In this document: positions 35,219 to 41,062 of the stretch, one piece after another | Position numbering within the stretch: the stretch's first letter is position 1 | Layout of the letters: each line of letters opens with the position of its first letter | Source: a virus | Lineage: Duplodnaviria; Caudoviricetes | Strand: one strand, 5' to 3' | Virus record (IMG/VR): IMGVR_UViG_3300014613_000012 | Location: 1 to 41,062 of that record | Length of the DNA stretch: 41,062 bases | The notes under the pieces: generated by a model | The model's database searches: none | What the model saw: only the letters and a program-made list of their open reading frames with translations | What the model was told of the DNA's origin: nothing | Program-made: the position numbers and the translations under genes

Positions 35219-35949
35219 TACTTAGCCCATATCCGTATTGTTGAGTTCGGATCGATACTTCTCTCTGTTCCGGCGTCATTCGTAAACATGAATTTTAACG
35301 ACGTAATAGTGTCAGTGCCATAATATGAAAAACTTCCAGTTATATTTGTTGTCACTATTCCAGTAGCCGTGTTCGATATCCTGTTATAATATCCTTTATA
35401 TGCGGTAGCGGTGCTTTTTGTCGGCATCATCATATAGACATATGTGTTCCTTGCATCGCTGACGGTGTTTGTGTTCCCGATCTCTATATAGTTTGCATTT
35501 GATACAAGGTCCTGTGTTAATGCCGTTGCTGATGCAGCGTCAATATAAATAGACTTCATTTGTATCCGAGCGTATGAAGAAGATGAATCTCCGTTAAATA
35601 TCATTCTGATAACAGCAGTAGACGTAGCGTGAATAAAATGACATAGAACAATCATATTATCATAATCGTCTCCGCTGACAGTCATCTCAACTGAAGTGGC
35701 CGTTGACGACAAAGTAACTTCTGTTTGTAACTGCCATATGTCACCAACAACAATTCCAGCCAAGTCTAGAGTATTGCAATATATATTATTCCACTTGAAT
35801 GCTGCTGACCCTATGTCATACGTCGAATCTGCTGAAGTAAGCGACACGCCACCACGCGGCATCCTGTCACCATCGGAGATGTGATAGAAATTATCCATCA
35901 CCTCGTTCGCATATGCCACTGTGCCGGATGTAAATATCGTAAACGCCAT
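35218..35949 (-). CDS. Tail tip/fibre paralog 1
   Basis: MDNFY, PRGGVSL, DIGSAAFKWNNIYCN, FNGDS, DTITSLKF. Confidence 0.7.
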   Translation of the reverse strand: MAFTIFTSGTVAYANEVMDNFYHISDGDRMPRGGVSLTSADSTYDIGSAAFKWNNIYCNTLDLAGIVVGDIWQLQTEVTLSSTATSVEMTVSGDDYDNMIVLCHFIHATSTAVIRMIFNGDSSSSYARIQMKSIYIDAASATALTQDLVSNANYIEIGNTNTVSDARNTYVYMMMPTKSTATAYKGYYNRISNTATGIVTTNITGSFSYYGTDTITSLKFMFTNDAGTERSIDPNSTIRIWAK

Positions 35950-37290
35950 CTACGCTTCCCTTATAACTACTTCAGATACGAATTTATCAAGATCGTGTTT
36001 CAACGACAATACGATGAAGTCCTCATTGTCAATGTTAATATTATATCCTCCAGCCGGAGCCCCGAATGTCGCCTCACCCCAGTTGAAATATCCCCACAGT
36101 GCCCCGCCGCTGTTCGTCGGAGTTGTCTTATACGTCAAGGAAACAGGATCTCCAATGTCCACCTGCGGGATGAACTTCGATTGTAATTTGACTTCTTTCT
36201 TAGGCCATTGATATTCCGTAAATATCTGATCCGCTATCAATGACGCAGTAGTTTCCAAAAGAAATTCATTCTGATATTCATATTCACGCACTCCATACAG
36301 GAACGATGACGAGCTATCACCCCACTGCCATGTTTCACTTTTCGTGTAGTATGAAGTTGTTGTGTCCTCTGTGCCGAACTTGATCCGTATCCGATTGTAC
36401 ACCTTGCGGATTGACGACTCTATACTGATCTGCTTCAAGATGTTTTTCCCGAACGCTAGATTGTCGTCGCCAACTCCGGAAAAGTGCCATATCGACGTTG
36501 TGGTGTTCGCGCCTTTTGACTTAAAATACAAGTCACCTTCGCGGCTAACATACAGCACTTTATTCTCCGCTTCAGTTATGCTCGTCATAAATTCCCAAAC
36601 AGACTTATTTTCGAGCGCGGCAGTCGTTGCCAAATTATAGTTTACAGTCGTTGTATCGATATACCAGTTTGTCGATGTTATGAATTTACGGAAATAATAT
36701 GTTAATCCCGCATCCTGAAAGTCGCGCACGTTATCGATAATATCACTTGCCGTCTGCGTCACTCCGAGCCCTGTCACGTTCGACGCCGGAAACTCTTCGA
36801 ATATCCCTGATAAATGCTTCAGCTCGCACTCTACCAGGCTCGTATCTCTATACGGCATGTCATCAGCAATGAAGCCAACGAATAGCGTTGAATTAGTCGG
36901 ATACTCCGCGCCATCGTAGATATAGCCAGCGTTGACTTTCACAAGCGTTCGGAAACGAGTCATCTTGTTATAGAAAAACGATCTCGCGTCAGACACTTCC
37001 GAGAAATACCCGTCGATGTTATCAAGCACCAACTTCATGCCGGAGTACCGATAGAAGTTGACTTTGATATCATCCACGCCGTAATCAACTGAGCCGAACT
37101 TCTGAACGTACTTATCGGGTATGCGCTGCCAGTCGCTTTCGTACTCGCCTGTGGACTCCCTGCGCTTCATGTAGAGACGGCGGAATACCTTGTGCTTGTG
37201 GCCCTTGATAGCCTCCTGGAGTGCTTTCGCCTCCGGAGCGTATCCCCAGAGCCCCTCAGCCCATGTGAATTCTCCCCAAATGAAATCCAT
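35950..37290 (-). CDS. Tail hub / baseplate (Tal-like) protein
   Basis: LYVSREGDLYF, S..LYGVRE, DIGD.V; second gene after tape measure. Confidence 0.7.
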   Translation of the reverse strand: MDFIWGEFTWAEGLWGYAPEAKALQEAIKGHKHKVFRRLYMKRRESTGEYESDWQRIPDKYVQKFGSVDYGVDDIKVNFYRYSGMKLVLDNIDGYFSEVSDARSFFYNKMTRFRTLVKVNAGYIYDGAEYPTNSTLFVGFIADDMPYRDTSLVECELKHLSGIFEEFPASNVTGLGVTQTASDIIDNVRDFQDAGLTYYFRKFITSTNWYIDTTTVNYNLATTAALENKSVWEFMTSITEAENKVLYVSREGDLYFKSKGANTTTSIWHFSGVGDDNLAFGKNILKQISIESSIRKVYNRIRIKFGTEDTTTSYYTKSETWQWGDSSSSFLYGVREYEYQNEFLLETTASLIADQIFTEYQWPKKEVKLQSKFIPQVDIGDPVSLTYKTTPTNSGGALWGYFNWGEATFGAPAGGYNINIDNEDFIVLSLKHDLDKFVSEVVIREA

Positions 37291-38075
37291 TACCTGGGCG
37301 TCTCCCGCAGCTTCATCACGCCTTTGTAGCCAACGTCAGTATAATTATTAGCCGCCGGCTGATCGAACGTATACTCGCCTATCCAGTTGACCTCATACAA
37401 TTGACCGTCCCATGATGTCCCTGTCGGAAACGGGACAAAAACAAACTCGGTATCCTCGTCGTACAGATCGAGTAATAGAGACGTTTCACTCGCCGTAACA
37501 TAGCTCAAACTAATATCTGCATAATAGCTCGTATCAAGAACGTATTGGCTCCAGCCGCCGTTCGCCATTTCGTGAACGTATTCCTTTCGCTTGCGTTTGA
37601 CTTTATAGTCCTTCGCCGTTGGATTGTTTTCGAACTGAAGATAACGTTTCCCTATGTATATGTCGCCGCACTTCTTCTCTTCGTTGGCCACCATCGTCGC
37701 GGTGATGTCGAAGAATACGCTCTGCACAGCTGTAGTTGCGAAGTAAATATAAAGACTCGTTTCGCTGTTCGTGGCCCAAACGGTAGTATTCGTTAACATG
37801 CTTGTCGGCGTAATTACATTCGCCGCGTTGCTGTTGTAATATATGATGAAGCTCTTCCAATTGCAGTTCTGAATTGCGATGTGATCGATGTTTTCCGTGT
37901 CCGTGAAGTCGATGCGTATTGATGTCGTCGTCAAATCACTGTTATCACCTGCGCTCTGGAATTGATAGTCTGGCTTGCGATCTATCAAATACACCACGTT
38001 CGACGTGCCGTTGTTGACGGATATCAACGTCGTAGTGTTCACGAAATTCTTGTATAAGCATTCCATTCTGCTCAT
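37290..38075 (-). CDS. Distal tail protein (putative)
   Basis: Immediately after tape measure; ends ...MKLRE. Confidence 0.65.
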   Translation of the reverse strand: MSRMECLYKNFVNTTTLISVNNGTSNVVYLIDRKPDYQFQSAGDNSDLTTTSIRIDFTDTENIDHIAIQNCNWKSFIIYYNSNAANVITPTSMLTNTTVWATNSETSLYIYFATTAVQSVFFDITATMVANEEKKCGDIYIGKRYLQFENNPTAKDYKVKRKRKEYVHEMANGGWSQYVLDTSYYADISLSYVTASETSLLLDLYDEDTEFVFVPFPTGTSWDGQLYEVNWIGEYTFDQPAANNYTDVGYKGVMKLRETPR

Positions 38076-40273
38076 GCGAAGGCCCTCGATCTCTTGTCCT
38101 GCTTCATCCGATACAACTCCGCATCTATACTGTCAGCGAGACGCTTTGCCATCTCCCTGTCATCGCCCCACAAGTTTTCTACATTCACGACGATAGTAGT
38201 TCCGCCGATGCCAGACAGCTTTTCCATCGCCTGCTCGTTCTCCAGTGGGATGATGGCCTCAGATCGTCCAGCCTCACCAGCACGAAGGACCGTACCGGCA
38301 GACGAGCCCATGATCAAGCCGCCTTCTGCCATCTCAGGAACTGGAGTGGCCGCGATCATCGCTATCTGGGCCGCGCCCATCGCTCCGATGATGCCAGCCA
38401 ATATCGGGCCAGCGATAGGACCGGCAGTAAGAGCCATCGCAACAGCCTGCGCCGTGCCGATGATAGCTTGCATCAATGACAGAGCTTTCTGCTGCTCCGC
38501 CTGCTTTTTCTGCATCTCTTTCTTTTTTTCTGCGTAATCATTATCAAGTGCGTCAAGCTGCTTCTTCTGCTCAGTCTCGTCCTTGACGTTCTTTATAATA
38601 TTCTCGCGCTTCTTCTTATACTCGTTGTCCATCTGGCCGTACTGCATCGCGTAGTACGCGTTGAACGTCTGTTGCATCTGGCCAACTATCTGACTAGCCA
38701 TGCCAGCATAATTCTGTATGTTCGTCGCTATCGCCTGATTGCGTATCTCTGCTATTTGATCTTGATGCTCTTGCTCTGCTGCCACCATAAGAGCGTTATA
38801 ATCAACGCCCATTTTCAACAACTGCTCTTTGTGCTTCGCCGCGGCTTCAGTTATTTTACGGTACTTCTCATGCGCGGAAAGCTCTTCGGCTTTGTCTTTA
38901 TCTGCGGAATATGCCTGCAATTCATAGGCAACACGCTTCGCATCTTCAACGGCTTTCAGCTCGGCAGCAGAGGCGGGCCCCTTGACTTTCCCCGGTATGC
39001 TTTTAGTAGATTTCTCCTGCTGCTTGTTTATCTCCTGATTCGTTCCAGCTATAACTCGCATCGTTTTATTGAATGCGTTTTCGGACTTAACGGCCTGATC
39101 TGCCATATCTGAGGCCTGTCCGCTAGCCGTTCTTAACTCTGAACTTATGCCTTTATATATCTCATACTCGGTAGCAGCACCGCCACGCGTTGATTTCTCG
39201 TATTCACTCCTTCGCCGCATGTGTTCGACAATTTCACTCTGGAACTTTCCTTCTAGGCCATGAACTTTGGCGTACTCTTGTATGTGCTTAGTCTGCTCTC
39301 CCAATAGAGCGTTGACCTGTTTCTGTTTGTCCTCCATACTTGACAAGCTGCGGACAGTATTTATTTTATTTATGATCGCGGTAAGATTATCGACAAGCAC
39401 AGCGGCCATCTGCGCGACGCCCTTCAGTGCTCGGATAAATACGTTCGTCGTTTCGTCTCCTGATAGGAACGCCTGAGCCAATCGAGTCAACGACGGCAAC
39501 AGCTCCTGTCCTATTGACGCGCTCACATCCTCTAGCTTCGCGTCAACAATACGCATCGTGTTCGCCCAGGAGTCGGACGTGCGCTCGAAATCGCCCATCG
39601 CATTAAGTGACTGCTCAGTCAACAGCTTGACGACAGTGAGAGCACGCGCCTGATTGTCCAACTGGCCATTGACGAGCTTGTAGCCGTCCGCCTGGGCCCG
39701 TCTCTTCACATCATCGTCGAGTATCTTCTTGCCGAGCCCTTCCAGAGCCTCAGCCTCGCCAAGCATCGCTTTCGTGATGGCCCTGGACGCTTCCTCAGTA
39801 GTACCATGGTAGTTTGAGAACGATACTAGATCGACGGCGAGTTTCTGAACTGTATTCGACAGCTCAAGAGCTGCTTTCTCCTGCATGCCGAATCCTTGCA
39901 GGATGTCGCCGGTGTGAGAAAGCATCGCCTTAGCTGCATTCTCACTCAGGCCATAACTGTCAACAAGAGTCTGCGCGAACGACTCCGCCATTTCCATGTT
40001 GTCTTGAAAAACAACAGAGAATTTGGCTTGCGTCTCCTGCAAGTTCGAAGCGTCCTTGACAGCACGCTGCATCGTTTTCGCAAGAAAGTCGTACGCTTTC
40101 TGAGCTGCGCTTATAGCAATTGTAGCTTTCGCAAATCCGACAGCGGTATCGTTCGACGACTTCTTCGCAGATGTCCCTGTGACTCCAATCTCTTTATTTA
40201 TCTTTTGGAGTGCATTAAGCGCAGCCGCGGTGTCGGCTTTTATTTTTAGGATTATCTCATCACTTGTTGCCAT
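38072..40273 (-). CDS. Tape measure protein
   Basis: 733 aa, helical and Ala-rich; LA.DL.SF...GE.EAL..LG; C-terminal MAEGG...AGEAG..EAIIPL. Confidence 0.93.
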   Translation of the reverse strand: MATSDEIILKIKADTAAALNALQKINKEIGVTGTSAKKSSNDTAVGFAKATIAISAAQKAYDFLAKTMQRAVKDASNLQETQAKFSVVFQDNMEMAESFAQTLVDSYGLSENAAKAMLSHTGDILQGFGMQEKAALELSNTVQKLAVDLVSFSNYHGTTEEASRAITKAMLGEAEALEGLGKKILDDDVKRRAQADGYKLVNGQLDNQARALTVVKLLTEQSLNAMGDFERTSDSWANTMRIVDAKLEDVSASIGQELLPSLTRLAQAFLSGDETTNVFIRALKGVAQMAAVLVDNLTAIINKINTVRSLSSMEDKQKQVNALLGEQTKHIQEYAKVHGLEGKFQSEIVEHMRRRSEYEKSTRGGAATEYEIYKGISSELRTASGQASDMADQAVKSENAFNKTMRVIAGTNQEINKQQEKSTKSIPGKVKGPASAAELKAVEDAKRVAYELQAYSADKDKAEELSAHEKYRKITEAAAKHKEQLLKMGVDYNALMVAAEQEHQDQIAEIRNQAIATNIQNYAGMASQIVGQMQQTFNAYYAMQYGQMDNEYKKKRENIIKNVKDETEQKKQLDALDNDYAEKKKEMQKKQAEQQKALSLMQAIIGTAQAVAMALTAGPIAGPILAGIIGAMGAAQIAMIAATPVPEMAEGGLIMGSSAGTVLRAGEAGRSEAIIPLENEQAMEKLSGIGGTTIVVNVENLWGDDREMAKRLADSIDAELYRMKQDKRSRAFA

Positions 40274-40520
40274 GCCGTCGCCGTTTCTCCGCTTCTCTTT
40301 GTTTTCGCTTCACATCACGCAAGTACTCGGCATATAAATCAATCTTCTGAGGATCGATCTGATGCAGCGAGCACTCCATCATTTCCCTGTTCATCTTCGC
40401 GTGGTAGTGCATACTCAATAGCCTGCGGCCTCGCTCCACAGGCATATTGCGGTACTCCTCATCTGACAGGTGAAAGACTGTTTTGAAAATATAGTACGCT
40501 TCAGTCAGTCCCCCGCCTCC
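40260..40520 (-). CDS. Tail assembly chaperone extension (gpT-like, probably by -1 frameshift)
   Basis: Frame is open upstream of the ATG at 40445 and overlaps the chaperone end in the -1 frame at GCGGGGGAC. Confidence 0.55.
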   Translation of the reverse strand, partial: GGGGLTEAYYIFKTVFHLSDEEYRNMPVERGRRLLSMHYHAKMNREMMECSLHQIDPQKIDLYAEYLRDVKRKQREAEKRRRHGNK

Positions 40521-40801
40521 CTATCCTCCCCTGTGATCCATTTCGGAATTTCGCCGGATATCTTCGCAAGCTCCGCCATCGTAATATTATTCTTAACGCG
40601 CCGCTTGAAGCCGAACGGCTTGATACCAAACCGTCCGCGCTTCAAGCAGGCCCACAAGATATTTATCGAGAATTGTCGGCTTTCCTCCGCACTCATCTGA
40701 TCGGCTTTCGAGAGATCGTACTTCTTAAAAATATCCTCGAAGGCCCCATAAGTCGGATTGATATCATAGTCCTTTCCACCAATTTTTACAGTTAACGCCA
40801 T
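40505..40801 (-). CDS. Tail assembly chaperone (gpG-like)
   Basis: 98 aa, VKIGGKDY; between tail tube and tape measure; AAGGAG RBS. Confidence 0.75.
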   Translation of the reverse strand: MALTVKIGGKDYDINPTYGAFEDIFKKYDLSKADQMSAEESRQFSINILWACLKRGRFGIKPFGFKRRVKNNITMAELAKISGEIPKWITGEDREAGD

Positions 40802-40813
40802 TGTGATTCTCCT

Positions 40814-41062
40814 TTAGTAGTTTTCCGTACCGTTAGTGACAGTGATCTGCACCGGATAGCTCGTCATCGTCTCCAAGATGCAAGAAAATTCGAGCGTCTG
40901 ATTCAGCATCTCAGGCCCCCCGATTTCAGTCATCGGATTGTTCAGATAGCAAGCCGGTAGTGCGATGTACATAGTGTACGTCGTCCCTGACGTAGTGGAC
41001 GCCGTGATGTACGTTGACGATATACATCTGATGTGAATAGCACACATAGTGTTGCCTATCCA
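40814..41062 (-). CDS. Tail tube protein, 3' part (joins 1-945)
   Basis: In frame with 1-945 across the 123-bp overlap. Confidence 0.85.
   Translation of the reverse strand, partial: WIGNTMCAIHIRCISSTYITASTTSGTTYTMYIALPACYLNNPMTEIGGPEMLNQTLEFSCILETMTSYPVQITVTNGTENY
40940..41062. repeat. Terminal direct repeat, copy 2
   Basis: Identical to 1-123. Confidence 0.97.

Noticed and set aside
31960-35949. Diversity-generating retroelement or invertible tail-fibre switch
   Set aside because: No reverse transcriptase or invertase, and no near-identical TR/VR pair noticed
40940-41062. 123-bp repeat as a biological terminal repeat
   Set aside because: Falls mid-gene in the tail tube; best explained as assembler overlap of a circular or permuted genome
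1-41062. tRNA genes or stop-codon reassignment
   Set aside because: No tRNA-like sequence noticed by eye (tRNAscan not run); genes are full length under the standard code

Overview
The window is an apparently complete, circularly assembled tailed-phage genome of about 40.9 kb. Bases 1-123 are repeated exactly at 40940-41062, and the tail tube gene runs across the join. Essentially all real genes are on the minus strand. The modules are: Mu-like head morphogenesis (TerS, TerL, portal-MuF fusion, protease/scaffold, capsid); a siphovirus-type tail with three paralogous tip proteins; lysis; lambda-like recombination and replication genes; and two unusual accessory systems. (1) At 19.7-21.7 kb there is an integron-like array of four gene cassettes bounded by attC-like GTTRRRY/RYYYAAC sites. 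I recognised no integrase on the phage. The cassette genes, including a Mom-type DNA-modification gene, appear to run antisense to the cassettes, and several start inside the attC loops. (2) A sugar-nucleotide cluster (DAHP/KDO8P-synthase-like, epimerase, cytidylyltransferase-GT2 fusion, radical SAM, methyltransferase) sits next to the terminase, a Maf/DUF115-like gene sits among the tail genes, and the virion proteins are strikingly Thr/Ser-rich. Together these suggest the phage glycosylates its own virion with an ulosonic-acid-type sugar. All family calls are from motif recognition by eye, not database searches.
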